Source of the DNA: Pseudomonas aeruginosa PAO1
Lineage (GTDB): Bacteria; Pseudomonadota; Gammaproteobacteria; Pseudomonadales; Pseudomonadaceae
Assembly: GCF_000006765.1 (NCBI RefSeq)
Contig: NC_002516.2
Length of the DNA stretch: 64,000 bases
Direction: 5' to 3' (one strand)
Numbering within the stretch: position 1 is the first letter of the stretch; each line of letters begins with the position of its first letter. The translations under genes and the position numbers were made by a program. The notes under the pieces are model-generated. The model was not told the DNA's origin. It worked only from the letters and a program-made list of their open reading frames with translations, and did not search any database. Shown in pieces: positions 1 to 11,258 of the stretch.

Positions 1-2
1 TC

Positions 3-599
3 AAGAAGCTCGCCAATAGCCAGCGGCCGCGGGCGATGTTCATCACCTGCGCGGATTCGCGCATCGTTCCCGAGCTGATCACCCAGAGTTCCCCCGGCGA
101 CCTGTTCGTCACCCGCAACGTCGGCAACGTGGTGCCGCCCTACGGGCAGATGAACGGTGGCGTCTCCACCGCCATCGAATACGCTGTGCTGGCGCTGGGC
201 GTGCACCACATCATCGTCTGCGGCCACTCCGACTGCGGGGCGATGCGCGCCGTGCTCGACCCGCAGACCCTGGAACGCATGCCGACGGTCAAGGCCTGGC
301 TGCGGCACGCCGAGGTGGCACGCACGGTGGTGGCGGACAACTGCGACTGCGGCGCCAGCCACGACACCCTCGGGGTGCTCACCGAAGAGAACGTGGTGGC
401 CCAGCTCGATCACCTGCGCACCCACCCCTCGGTGGCCTCGCGCCTGGCCAGCGGGCAACTGTTCATCCACGGCTGGGTGTACGACATCGAGAGTGCGCAG
501 ATCCGCGCCTACGACGCCAAGCAGGGTCGCTTCCTGCCCCTCGACGGCGAGCATCCGGTGCCGATGGCCACGCCCGCGCCGCGCTACCTGAGCTCGTGA
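3..599 (+). CDS. Beta-class carbonic anhydrase (5' end lies before the window)
   Basis: The frame is open from position 3. It has the Zn-ligand motifs CADSR and HSDCGAM, plus RNVGN. Confidence 0.93.
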   Translation, partial: KKLANSQRPRAMFITCADSRIVPELITQSSPGDLFVTRNVGNVVPPYGQMNGGVSTAIEYAVLALGVHHIIVCGHSDCGAMRAVLDPQTLERMPTVKAWLRHAEVARTVVADNCDCGASHDTLGVLTEENVVAQLDHLRTHPSVASRLASGQLFIHGWVYDIESAQIRAYDAKQGRFLPLDGEHPVPMATPAPRYLSS

Positions 600-809
600 T
601 AGCGGCGGCCGTGCGGGCCGCCGGATAACAACAGCGTTTTCGCGTCACCTTTCGCCGTTCCTGCCATGGACGACCTCTGGGAAGCCCCGTTCCGGGGCTG
701 AACGGGTCGCTATTACAAGAAAAAACACACTGCGCACACACAACCGGCGCCGGGCCTGGTCCTGGCGTCGCTCCCTCGTCGTGGAAAAAATTCGCAGGAG
801 AACTGTGCC

Positions 810-2381
810 ATGCATGTTTCAAAGGTGTTTCCGTCCCTCCGGGACACGTTGCCGCGGGACCTGATGGCCTCCGTGGTGGTGTTCCTCGTCGCCCTGCCGC
901 TGTGCATGGGCATCGCCATCGCCTCCGGGATGCCGCCGGCCAAGGGCCTGCTCACCGGCATCGTCGGTGGCCTGGTGGTCGGCTTCCTGGCCGGCTCGCC
1001 GCTACAGGTCAGCGGCCCGGCGGCCGGCCTCGCGGTGCTGGTCTTCGAACTGGTGCGTACCTACGGGGTGGCCATGCTCGGGCCGATCCTGCTGCTCGCC
1101 GGCGCCATCCAGCTGCTCGCCGGGCGGCTGCGCCTGGGCTGCTGGTTCCGGGTCACCTCGCCGGCGGTGGTATACGGGATGCTCGCCGGCATCGGCATCC
1201 TCATCGTCCTTTCGCAATTGCACGTGATGCTCGACCTGGCGCCCAAGGCGTCCGGCCTCGACAACCTGCTGGCATTCCCCCAGGCGGCGTTCGCCGCGCT
1301 CGGTTCGCTGGGCATGGACAGCGGCCTCGACGCGGCGCTGCTCGGGCTGGGCACCATCGCGGTGATGTGGGGCTGGGACAAGCTGCGTCCGCAACGCCTG
1401 CGCTTCCTACCCGGTGCGCTGCTCGGCGTGAGCCTGGCGACCCTGGCCAGCCTCTGGCTGGCGCTGGACGTGCGGCGGGTCGAGGTACCGGCCAACCTCG
1501 GCGAGGCCATCGTCTGGCTACGCCCGGCCGACCTGCTGGCCCTGGCCGATCCCTCCCTGCTGCTGGCGGCGGTGGTGGTGGCCTTCATCGCCAGTGCGGA
1601 GACCCTGCTCTCGGCGGCGGCGGTGGATCGCCTGCACGACGGCCCGCGCTCGGACATGGATCGCGAGTTGTCCGCCCAGGGTGTCGGCAACATGCTCTGC
1701 GGCCTGCTCGGCGCGCTGCCGATGACCGGGGTGATCGTACGCAGCTCGGCCAACGTCAATGCCGGTGCGCGAACCCGCGCCTCGGCGATCTTCCACGGCC
1801 TCTGGTTGCTCGCCTTCGTCCTCCTGCTCGGCAGCCTGCTGCGGCAGATTCCGGTGGCGAGCCTGGCCGGGGTGCTGGTCTATACCGGGGTCAAGCTGGT
1901 CGATTTCAAGGCCCTCGGCAACCTCTCTCGCTACGGCCGGATGCCGATGCTGGTGTACGCGGCCACCGCCCTGGCCATCGTCTTCACCGACCTGCTGACC
2001 GGCGTGCTGGTGGGCTTCGCCCTGACCCTGCTGAAGCTGGTGCTGAAGGCGGCGCGGCTGAAGATCGCCCTGCGCTACACCGGCGAGCATGAAGCCGAGC
2101 TGCGCCTGAGCGGCGCCGCGACTTTCCTCAAGGTGCCGGCGCTGTCGCGGGTGCTCGACGAGGTCAAGCCGGGGACCACCCTGCACGTACCGATGGATAA
2201 CCTCAGCTATGTCGACCATGCCTGCATGGAGCTGCTCGAGGATTGGGGGCGGATGGCACCGGTGCAGGGCTCGCGCCTGGTGATCGAACCGCGCGCCTTG
2301 AAGCGTCGCCTGGAAGGGCGCCTGCGCGGCAGCGTCGGGTTGGGCGGCGCGCGCAATGGCGGGGCGGTCAGCCCAGGCTGA
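810..2381 (+). CDS. SulP/SLC26 family anion (sulfate/bicarbonate) permease with C-terminal STAS-like domain
   Basis: 523 aa, multi-TM. Contains the SulP signature (DLMASVVVFLVALPLCMGIAIASG; GSPLQVSGPAAG; TGVIVRSSAN) and sits next to a carbonic anhydrase. Confidence 0.92.
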   Translation: MHVSKVFPSLRDTLPRDLMASVVVFLVALPLCMGIAIASGMPPAKGLLTGIVGGLVVGFLAGSPLQVSGPAAGLAVLVFELVRTYGVAMLGPILLLAGAIQLLAGRLRLGCWFRVTSPAVVYGMLAGIGILIVLSQLHVMLDLAPKASGLDNLLAFPQAAFAALGSLGMDSGLDAALLGLGTIAVMWGWDKLRPQRLRFLPGALLGVSLATLASLWLALDVRRVEVPANLGEAIVWLRPADLLALADPSLLLAAVVVAFIASAETLLSAAAVDRLHDGPRSDMDRELSAQGVGNMLCGLLGALPMTGVIVRSSANVNAGARTRASAIFHGLWLLAFVLLLGSLLRQIPVASLAGVLVYTGVKLVDFKALGNLSRYGRMPMLVYAATALAIVFTDLLTGVLVGFALTLLKLVLKAARLKIALRYTGEHEAELRLSGAATFLKVPALSRVLDEVKPGTTLHVPMDNLSYVDHACMELLEDWGRMAPVQGSRLVIEPRALKRRLEGRLRGSVGLGGARNGGAVSPG

Positions 2382-3018
2382 GTTCCACCCCGAGCTGCTT
2401 CGACAGGCACGGCCACTGCTGCCAGGCGGCGACCACCCGCGGGTTCTTCAGGTTCTCGCGGTAGGCGCGGGCCGAGTCGGCGTCGAAGGTGGTGGCGTCG
2501 AGCATGTTCTCCACTGCATGGTGGACGGCTTCGTCCAGCCGGTTGGCGAAGGGCTCGCCGATCAACTGGTGGGCCACCAGGTTGGCTACGGTGGTGTCCA
2601 GTGGGATCAGTGCCTGGCCGAAGTGGGCGATGTAGCGGTCGTTCACTTCTTCCACCAGGCGGTGCGCCAGGTAGGCTTCGTCGAGCAGGGCGTCGAGGCC
2701 GTCGTGGCCGGCGAGCAACGCCGGCGGGGTGAGGAAGAACTGCTCGGCGACCTTCAGCACCGGCTTGATCCGTTCCTCGATGCCGGCTTCGCGGGCCACG
2801 CTGTTGGCGGCGTCGAGCAGGTCCGGTACCTGTTCGACGTAGGCGTGGACGAAGCGGGTGAGTATGTCTTCCGTGTTCTCGCCTTGCGGCTGGATGGTGC
2901 GATGCAGGTGGGGCAGGCGGCTGGCTATCAGATCAGCCAGGTGACCGTGGCGGGCTTCGCTGAGGTGCGCCTGCTGGATGAGTTCACGGAGGGCAGCGGT
3001 GTTCATGGGGTCTCCCAT
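2368..3018 (-). CDS. Conserved hypothetical protein
   Basis: 216-aa ORF (alternative ATG at 3006) with typical codon usage. Divergent from coxB; its 3' end overlaps the SulP gene by 14 bp. Confidence 0.75.
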   Translation of the reverse strand: MGDPMNTAALRELIQQAHLSEARHGHLADLIASRLPHLHRTIQPQGENTEDILTRFVHAYVEQVPDLLDAANSVAREAGIEERIKPVLKVAEQFFLTPPALLAGHDGLDALLDEAYLAHRLVEEVNDRYIAHFGQALIPLDTTVANLVAHQLIGEPFANRLDEAVHHAVENMLDATTFDADSARAYRENLKNPRVVAAWQQWPCLSKQLGVELSLG

Positions 3019-3200
3019 ACAACGGGGATGGTGAAGAAGAGGAGAAACATAGCCGGCGGCGCGCGCCGGCTAAGACGCGATTGTCATAATCGCTTCGTGG
3101 TTATGCGAGGATGATATATCAGGCGGCCACCATTCGCCTGCAAAGCCACGCCGCTCGCGGCTTTTAGAGAAGAATCGGCACTTTCCAGCGACGTTTTTAC

Positions 3201-3234
3201 GCTGCGTTGTTATGTCGCAGCCGCTGTCTATACT
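3201..3234 (+). promoter_or_regulatory. cox promoter: RpoS-type -10 (CTATACT, 3228-3234) with an upstream inverted repeat GCTGCG-N9-CGCAGC (3201-3221), RegA/RoxR-like
   Basis: Exact CTATACT RpoS consensus 144 bp upstream of coxB. The repeat contains TGCG...GTCGC, resembling RegA/PrrA-family sites. Confidence 0.6.
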
Positions 3235-3377
3235 CCCACTCGAATGCTGAACCTGATGAACCCGGCCTGCCTTGCTGTGTGCCGAGGTGCGACGGTCAAA
3301 GTTCGTTGTCTTGGCGGTCCACCCCTTGGCCGTTGGCGTCTGCCGGCGGGATAAAAACAACGATAAGGGGAACCCGA

Positions 3378-4502
3378 ATGCTGCGACATCCACGAGTCTG
3401 GATGGGCTTCCTTTTGCTCTCGGCGATCAGCCAGGCGAATGCCGCCTGGACGGTCAACATGGCCCCGGGCGCTACCGAGGTGAGCCGGTCCGTCTTCGAC
3501 CTGCACATGACCATCTTCTGGATCTGCGTGGTGATCGGCGTGCTGGTCTTCGGCGCGATGTTCTGGTCGATGATCGTCCACCGCCGCTCCACCGGCCAGC
3601 AGCCGGCGCACTTCCACGAGAGCACCACGGTGGAAATCCTCTGGACGGTGGTGCCGTTCGTGATCCTGGTGGTGATGGCGGTGCCCGCCACCCGCACCCT
3701 GATCCACATCTACGACACTTCCGAGCCGGAGCTGGACGTGCAGGTCACCGGCTACCAGTGGAAGTGGCAGTACAAGTACCTGGGCCAGGACGTCGAGTAC
3801 TTCAGCAACCTGGCCACCCCGCAGGATCAGATCCACAACCGGCAGGCGAAGGACGAGCATTACCTGCTGGAGGTGGACGAGCCGCTGGTGCTGCCGGTGG
3901 GCACCAAGGTGCGCTTCCTGATCACCTCCAGCGACGTGATCCATTCCTGGTGGGTGCCGGCCTTCGCGGTCAAGCGCGACGCCATCCCCGGCTTCGTCAA
4001 CGAGGCCTGGACCAAGGTCGACGAGCCCGGCATCTATCGCGGCCAGTGCGCCGAGCTGTGCGGCAAGGACCACGGCTTCATGCCGATCGTGGTCGACGTC
4101 AAGCCCAAGGCCGAGTTCGACCAGTGGCTGGCCAAGCGCAAGGAAGAGGCGGCGAAGGTCAAGGAACTGACCAGCAAGGAGTGGACCAAGGAAGAGTTGG
4201 TTGCGCGCGGCGACAAGGTCTACCACACCATCTGCGCCGCCTGCCACCAGGCCGAAGGCCAGGGCATGCCGCCGATGTTCCCGGCGCTGAAGGGTTCGAA
4301 GATCGTCACCGGGCCCAAGGAGCACCACCTGGAAGTGGTCTTCAACGGCGTGCCCGGCACCGCCATGGCGGCCTTCGGCAAGCAGCTCAACGAGGTCGAC
4401 CTGGCCGCGGTGATCACCTACGAGCGCAACGCCTGGGGCAACGACGATGGCGACATGGTCACCCCGAAAGACGTCGTCGCCTACAAGCAGAAACAACAAT
4501 AG
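3378..4502 (+). CDS. coxB: Cytochrome c oxidase subunit II with fused C-terminal cytochrome c
   Basis: CuA motifs (DVIHSWW; CAELCGKDHGFM) and heme c motif CAACH. The ATG at 3378 follows an AAGGGG RBS. Confidence 0.96.
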   Translation: MLRHPRVWMGFLLLSAISQANAAWTVNMAPGATEVSRSVFDLHMTIFWICVVIGVLVFGAMFWSMIVHRRSTGQQPAHFHESTTVEILWTVVPFVILVVMAVPATRTLIHIYDTSEPELDVQVTGYQWKWQYKYLGQDVEYFSNLATPQDQIHNRQAKDEHYLLEVDEPLVLPVGTKVRFLITSSDVIHSWWVPAFAVKRDAIPGFVNEAWTKVDEPGIYRGQCAELCGKDHGFMPIVVDVKPKAEFDQWLAKRKEEAAKVKELTSKEWTKEELVARGDKVYHTICAACHQAEGQGMPPMFPALKGSKIVTGPKEHHLEVVFNGVPGTAMAAFGKQLNEVDLAAVITYERNAWGNDDGDMVTPKDVVAYKQKQQ

Positions 4503-4511
4503 GAGACCGCC

Positions 4512-6104
<1,593 letters not shown>

Positions 6105-6114
6105 GGAGCGCGTC

Positions 6115-6669
6115 ATGAGCGATGCCAAGGTCGATACCCGCCGCCTGGTCGGCCGCCTGCTGCTGGTGACCGTGCTGATGTTCGCCTTCGGCTTCGCCCT
6201 GGTGCCGCTCTATGACGTGATGTGCCGCGCCCTGGGGATCAACGGCAAGACCGCCGGCAGCGCCTACAGCGGCGAACAGCAGGTGGATGTCGGGCGCGAG
6301 GTGAAGGTGCAGTTCATGACCTCGAACAATATCGACATGGTCTGGGAGTTCCGCTCCGCCGGCGACCAGTTGGTGGTGCATCCCGGCGCGGTGAACCAGA
6401 TGGTGTTCTACGCGCGCAACCCGAGCGACAAGCCGATGACCGCGCAGGCCATCCCGAGCATCGCCCCGGCCGAGGCCGCAGCCTACTTCCACAAGACCGA
6501 ATGCTTCTGTTTCACCCAGCAGGTGCTGCAACCCGGCGAGAGCATCGAGATGCCGGTGCGCTTCATCGTCGACCGTGATCTGCCCAAGGATGTGCGGCAC
6601 GTGACGCTGGCCTACACCCTCTTCGATATCACTGCGCGGAAGCCGCCCGTACCGGTTGCGGGACGATAA
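6115..6669 (+). CDS. ctaG: Cytochrome c oxidase assembly Cu chaperone Cox11/CtaG
   Basis: FHKTECFCFTQQ motif and an N-terminal TM anchor. Confidence 0.94.
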   Translation: MSDAKVDTRRLVGRLLLVTVLMFAFGFALVPLYDVMCRALGINGKTAGSAYSGEQQVDVGREVKVQFMTSNNIDMVWEFRSAGDQLVVHPGAVNQMVFYARNPSDKPMTAQAIPSIAPAEAAAYFHKTECFCFTQQVLQPGESIEMPVRFIVDRDLPKDVRHVTLAYTLFDITARKPPVPVAGR

Positions 6670-6679
6670 GGAGAACAAC

Positions 6680-7567
6680 ATGGCAAGCCACGAACACTAT
6701 TACGTCCCCGCCCAGAGCAAGTGGCCGATCATCGCCAGCATCGGCCTGCTGGTGACGGTGTTCGGCCTGGGTACCTGGTTCAACGACCTCACCGCCGGCC
6801 ACAAGGAATCCCATGGCCCGTGGATCTTCTTCGTCGGCGGGCTGATCATCGCCTACATGCTGTTCGGCTGGTTCGGCAACGTCATCCGCGAGAGTCGCGC
6901 CGGACTCTACAGCGCGCAGATGGACCGCTCGTTCCGCTGGGGCATGAGCTGGTTCATCTTCTCCGAGGTGATGTTCTTCGCCGCCTTCTTCGGCGCGCTG
7001 TTCTACGTCCGCCACTTCGCCGGTCCCTGGCTCGGCGGCGAGGGTGCCAAGGGCGTGGCGCACATGCTCTGGCCGAACTTCCAGTACAGCTGGCCGCTGC
7101 TGCAGACCCCGGACCCGAAGCTGTTCCCGCCGCCGAGCGCGGTGATCGAGCCGTGGAAGCTGCCGCTGATCAACACCATCCTGCTGGTCACCTCCAGCTT
7201 CACCGTGACCTTCGCCCACCACGCCCTGAAGAAGAACAAGCGCGGCCCGCTCAAGGCCTGGCTGGCGCTGACCGTGCTGCTGGGGATCGCCTTCCTGATC
7301 CTGCAGGCCGAGGAGTACGTGCACGCCTACAACGAGCTGGGCCTGACCCTCGGCGCCGGCATCTACGGCTCGACCTTCTTCATGCTCACCGGCTTCCACG
7401 GCGCCCACGTGACCCTCGGCGCGCTGATCCTCGGCATCATGCTGATCCGCATCCTGCGCGGTCACTTCGATGCCGAGCACCACTTCGGCTTCGAGGCCGC
7501 CAGTTGGTACTGGCACTTCGTCGACGTGGTCTGGATCGGCCTGTTCATCTTCGTCTACGTGATCTGA
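6680..7567 (+). CDS. coxC: Cytochrome c oxidase subunit III
   Basis: FIFSEVMFF, TGFHGAHV and WYWHFVDVVW motifs. AAGGAG RBS upstream of ATG 6680. Confidence 0.96.
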   Translation: MASHEHYYVPAQSKWPIIASIGLLVTVFGLGTWFNDLTAGHKESHGPWIFFVGGLIIAYMLFGWFGNVIRESRAGLYSAQMDRSFRWGMSWFIFSEVMFFAAFFGALFYVRHFAGPWLGGEGAKGVAHMLWPNFQYSWPLLQTPDPKLFPPPSAVIEPWKLPLINTILLVTSSFTVTFAHHALKKNKRGPLKAWLALTVLLGIAFLILQAEEYVHAYNELGLTLGAGIYGSTFFMLTGFHGAHVTLGALILGIMLIRILRGHFDAEHHFGFEAASWYWHFVDVVWIGLFIFVYVI

Positions 7568-7582
7568 CCGCCACCGGGGGAA

Positions 7583-7792
7583 TCAGAAATGCCAGGGCGC
7601 GTGGCTGTTCAGCTCGCCGCTGTAGAAGCCCCAGGCGACCAGCACCAGGGTCGCCGCGGCGAGCACCACGCGGACGGTCAGCGAATTGACCACGCGGGAA
7701 CCATGGCCCTGGTCCTTGACCAGGAAGAACAGGCCGCTGAACAGGCTCACCAGGGTAGCCAGCAGTAGCAGGACGATCGCCACTTTCAACAT
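7583..7792 (-). CDS. Twin-transmembrane-helix small protein (DUF2909-like)
   Basis: 69 aa with two hydrophobic helices and SLTVRV; usual antisense position within cox clusters. Confidence 0.8.
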   Translation of the reverse strand: MLKVAIVLLLLATLVSLFSGLFFLVKDQGHGSRVVNSLTVRVVLAAATLVLVAWGFYSGELNSHAPWHF

Positions 7793-7870
7793 GGTGGGAC
7801 TCCGGCGATGGGGGGATTCATGCAGTATAGCCAGCGCCTCGGGGAGGCCGGACGCAATGACAGACGCAGC

Positions 7871-8602
7871 ATGCGTGGCGCGTTCCGCCCCGGCCTGCTG
7901 CCGACCCTGGTGGTCCTCGGCCTGCTGCCGGTACTGCTCTGGCTGGGCACCTGGCAGTTGCAGCGGGCCGACGAGAAGCGCGCCCTGCTGGCCAGCTACG
8001 AGGCCCGGCGCGGCGCCGAGCCGGTGTCGCCCGGGCAGCTAGAGGGACTGCGCGACCCGGCGTACGTCCGCGTGCGCCTGCACGGCCGCTTCGACGAGCG
8101 GCATACGCTGCTGCTGGATAACCGGCTGCGCAACGGACAGGCCGGGGTCGAGGTGCTGCAACCCTTCTACGACCAGGCCAGCGGCCTTTGGCTGCTGGTC
8201 AACCGCGGCTGGGTCGCATGGACTGACCGACGCTCGCCGCCGACGCTGGAAACCCCCGACCGCGTCCTCCTGCTCGACGCCTGGACCTACCTGCCGCCAC
8301 CCGGCGGCCTGCACCTGGCCGACGCGCCGGCCGGCGGCTGGCCGCGCCTGGTGACCCAGCTCGACATCCCGGCGCTGTGGCAGGCCTTCGGTCGCGCCGG
8401 GCTGCCCTGGGAAATCCGCCTGGAGCCGGGCGACGCCAGCTTCGACACCGATTGGCCCCTGGTCTCGATGCCGCCGGAGCGGCACACCGGCTACGCCGTG
8501 CAGTGGTTCGCCCTGGCGACGGCCCTGCTCGCCCTCTACCTCTACCTCGGTGTGCGCCGCGCACGGGAGAAAAACCATGAGTCTCGCGATTCCGATGCCT
8601 GA
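7871..8602 (+). CDS. SURF1/Shy1 family cytochrome oxidase assembly protein
   Basis: LGTWQLQRA, LLVNRGWV and HTGYAVQWF motifs. Start is uncertain (ORF open from 7808). Confidence 0.9.
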   Translation: MRGAFRPGLLPTLVVLGLLPVLLWLGTWQLQRADEKRALLASYEARRGAEPVSPGQLEGLRDPAYVRVRLHGRFDERHTLLLDNRLRNGQAGVEVLQPFYDQASGLWLLVNRGWVAWTDRRSPPTLETPDRVLLLDAWTYLPPPGGLHLADAPAGGWPRLVTQLDIPALWQAFGRAGLPWEIRLEPGDASFDTDWPLVSMPPERHTGYAVQWFALATALLALYLYLGVRRAREKNHESRDSDA

Positions 8603-9155
8603 ACGTCCGCGCCGCGCCCGTGGCCGCCTGCAACTGCTGGCGATCATCGGCCTGGTGGTGGGGCCGATGCTGCTCGCCAGCGCCATGTACAAATGGAATT
8701 TCTGGGTTCCGCAGGGGCGCAGCTACAGCGGCGCGCTGATCGGCAACGGCCAGACCCCCGCCGACCTCGGCGTGCAGGGACGCAGCCAGGGCGAGCAGTG
8801 GCAACTGCTGGTGACCGCGCCGGGTACTTGCGGCGAGGACTGCCAGCAACTGGTCTACCTGGCCCGCCAGATCAACATCGCCCTCGGCCGCGAAGCCTCG
8901 CGCGCCGGCCACGCCCTGGCCGCCAGCGGCGAGCTGCCGGCGGACTTCGCCAACCTGGTGAGGCAGGACTACCCGCGCCTGCAGCGCTACGGCCTGGACC
9001 CGGCCCTGTACGACAAGGCCGGCGGCGGCGAGCGGCCGCTGCTGTGGGTGGTCGACCCGCACGGCAACCTGGTGCTGCGCTACGACGCCAAGGCCAACGG
9101 CAAGAAGCTGCTGAAGGACGTGCAACTGCTGCTCAAGCTCTCGCATATCGGTTGA
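8577..9155 (+). CDS. Membrane-anchored hypothetical protein of cox clusters (degenerate thioredoxin/SCO-like)
   Basis: N-terminal TM, CxxxC (CGEDC) and VDPHGNLVLRY; overlaps the SURF1 3' end. Confidence 0.8.
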   Translation: MSLAIPMPERPRRARGRLQLLAIIGLVVGPMLLASAMYKWNFWVPQGRSYSGALIGNGQTPADLGVQGRSQGEQWQLLVTAPGTCGEDCQQLVYLARQINIALGREASRAGHALAASGELPADFANLVRQDYPRLQRYGLDPALYDKAGGGERPLLWVVDPHGNLVLRYDAKANGKKLLKDVQLLLKLSHIG

Positions 9156-9219
9156 TCGGCGTGGCCGGCGCGGTTCCCGGCCCGATGAGGACAGAACGAC
9201 AAGAAAAAGGGGCCCGCGA

Positions 9220-10293
9220 ATGTCAGGCGCAACCCGCAAACCCGGTTTCACCGTCGCCGTGCTGGCGACCCTGCTGGCCGCCGTGGTGGTCCTGCTCGGC
9301 GCCTATACCCGGCTGACCCACGCCGGCCTCGGCTGTCCGGACTGGCCAGGCTGCTACGGCTTCGTCCACGTGCCGCTGAGCGAGGCGCAACTGGCCCACG
9401 CCGAACTGCACTTCCCCGACGCCCCGGTGGAGGCGCAGAAGGGCTGGAACGAGATGATCCACCGCTATTTCGCCGGCGCCCTCGGCCTGCTCATCCTTGG
9501 CCTGGCGTTGCATGCGCTGGTCCGCCGCGGGCGCGACGGCCAACCGCTGAAGCTGCCGCTGCTGCTGCTCGCGGTGGTGATCGCGCAGGCCGCTTTCGGC
9601 ATGTGGACGGTGACCCTCAAGCTCTGGCCGCAGGTGGTCACCGCCCATCTGCTCGGCGGCTTCACCACCCTGGCGCTGCTCTTTCTCCTCGCCCTGCGTC
9701 TCTCCGGACGCTTCGCGGCGCGGCGCTACCCGGCGGCGACCCGCGGACTGGCGGGGCTGGCCCTGCTCCTGGTGATCGGCCAGATCGCCCTCGGCGGCTG
9801 GGTCAGCAGCAACTACGCGGCGGTGGCCTGCATCGACCTGCCCACCTGCCATGGCGAGTGGTGGCCGCGGATGGACTTCGCCAACGGCTTCCACCTGACC
9901 CAGCACATCGGCCCCAACTACCTCGGCGGCCAGCTCGACAGCGACGCGCGCACGGCGATCCACATGACCCACCGGATCGGCGCGCTGTGCGTGACCCTGG
10001 TCCTCCTGCTGCTCGCCTGGCGCCTGCAGCGCAGCGGCCTGGTCTGGCCGACCGCGCTGATGCTGCTCGGCCTGTCGCTGCAGATCGGCCTGGGCATCAG
10101 CAACGTGCTGCTGCACCTGCCGCTGCCGGTGGCGGTGGCGCACAACGGCGGTGGCGCCCTGCTGCTGCTCAGCCTGGTGCTGGTCAACTATCGCCTGCGC
10201 GCGCCGGCCAGCGTCCGCGCGCCGGCACCGTCGCCGCAGCGCGTGCGCCGCACGCTGCCGCCGGCGCAAGGTTCGCGGCTGAAGGCCGCCTGA
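9220..10293 (+). CDS. ctaA: Heme A synthase Cox15/CtaA
   Basis: AGLGCPDWPGC, EMIHRY, VVTAHLLGG and HMTHR motifs. Confidence 0.93.
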   Translation: MSGATRKPGFTVAVLATLLAAVVVLLGAYTRLTHAGLGCPDWPGCYGFVHVPLSEAQLAHAELHFPDAPVEAQKGWNEMIHRYFAGALGLLILGLALHALVRRGRDGQPLKLPLLLLAVVIAQAAFGMWTVTLKLWPQVVTAHLLGGFTTLALLFLLALRLSGRFAARRYPAATRGLAGLALLLVIGQIALGGWVSSNYAAVACIDLPTCHGEWWPRMDFANGFHLTQHIGPNYLGGQLDSDARTAIHMTHRIGALCVTLVLLLLAWRLQRSGLVWPTALMLLGLSLQIGLGISNVLLHLPLPVAVAHNGGGALLLLSLVLVNYRLRAPASVRAPAPSPQRVRRTLPPAQGSRLKAA

Positions 10294-10318
10294 CAGACAG
10301 AAGGATGGAGGTAAGGAT

Positions 10319-11233
10319 ATGGCCACCGTCATCGATCGCCACAGCCAGCCGACCTGGCGCGACTTCCTCGAACTGACCAAGCCCAAGGTCGTGGTGCTGA
10401 TGCTGATCACCTCGCTGATCGGCATGCTGCTCGCCACCAAGGCGCCGCTGGATGGCTTCGTGCCCTGGCAGGTGCTGATCTTCGGCAACCTCGGCATCGG
10501 CCTTTGTGCCGGCGCGGCAGCGGCGGTCAACCATGTGGTGGACCGGCGCATCGACTCGATCATGGCGCGGACCCACAAGCGGCCGCTGGCCGAGGGCCGG
10601 GTGTCGCCGAGCATGGCGCTGGGCTTCGCGCTGCTCCTGGCGCTGGCCGGGATGGCCGTGCTGCTGGCCTTCACCAACCCGCTGACGGCCTGGCTGACCC
10701 TCGCCTCGCTGCTCGGCTATGCGGCGCTCTACACCGGCTTCCTGAAGCGCGCCACGCCGCAGAACATCGTCATCGGCGGGCTCGCCGGGGCGGCGCCGCC
10801 GCTGCTCGGCTGGGTCGCCATCACCGGCCACCTGAGCGCCGAGCCGCTGTTGCTGGTACTGATCATCTTCGCCTGGACCCCACCGCACTTCTGGGCGCTC
10901 TGCATCCACCGCAAGGACGAATACGCCAAGGCCGACATCCCGATGCTGCCGGTGACCCACGGCGAGCGCTACACCAAGCTGCACATCCTGCTCTATACCC
11001 TGGTGCTGTTCGCGGTGAGCCTGATGCCGTTCGTCATCCACATGAGCGGGCTGGTCTATCTGCTCTGCGCCCTGGCCCTGGGCGCGCGCTTCCTCGACTG
11101 GGCCTGGGCGCTCTACTGTGACAGCCGGCCACATGCGGCGATAAAGACCTTCAAGTACTCTATCGTCTACCTGTTCCTGCTGTTCATGGCGCTGCTGGTG
11201 GACCACTATCTGCCGCTGAAGCTGCTTCTCTGA
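10319..11233 (+). CDS. ctaB: Protoheme IX farnesyltransferase (heme O synthase)
   Basis: LTKPKVV, DRRIDSIMART..RPL and WTPPHFWAL motifs. Confidence 0.95.
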   Translation: MATVIDRHSQPTWRDFLELTKPKVVVLMLITSLIGMLLATKAPLDGFVPWQVLIFGNLGIGLCAGAAAAVNHVVDRRIDSIMARTHKRPLAEGRVSPSMALGFALLLALAGMAVLLAFTNPLTAWLTLASLLGYAALYTGFLKRATPQNIVIGGLAGAAPPLLGWVAITGHLSAEPLLLVLIIFAWTPPHFWALCIHRKDEYAKADIPMLPVTHGERYTKLHILLYTLVLFAVSLMPFVIHMSGLVYLLCALALGARFLDWAWALYCDSRPHAAIKTFKYSIVYLFLLFMALLVDHYLPLKLLL

Positions 11234-11258
11234 TCCCACTCTAGAGCCTTGCCCACCC

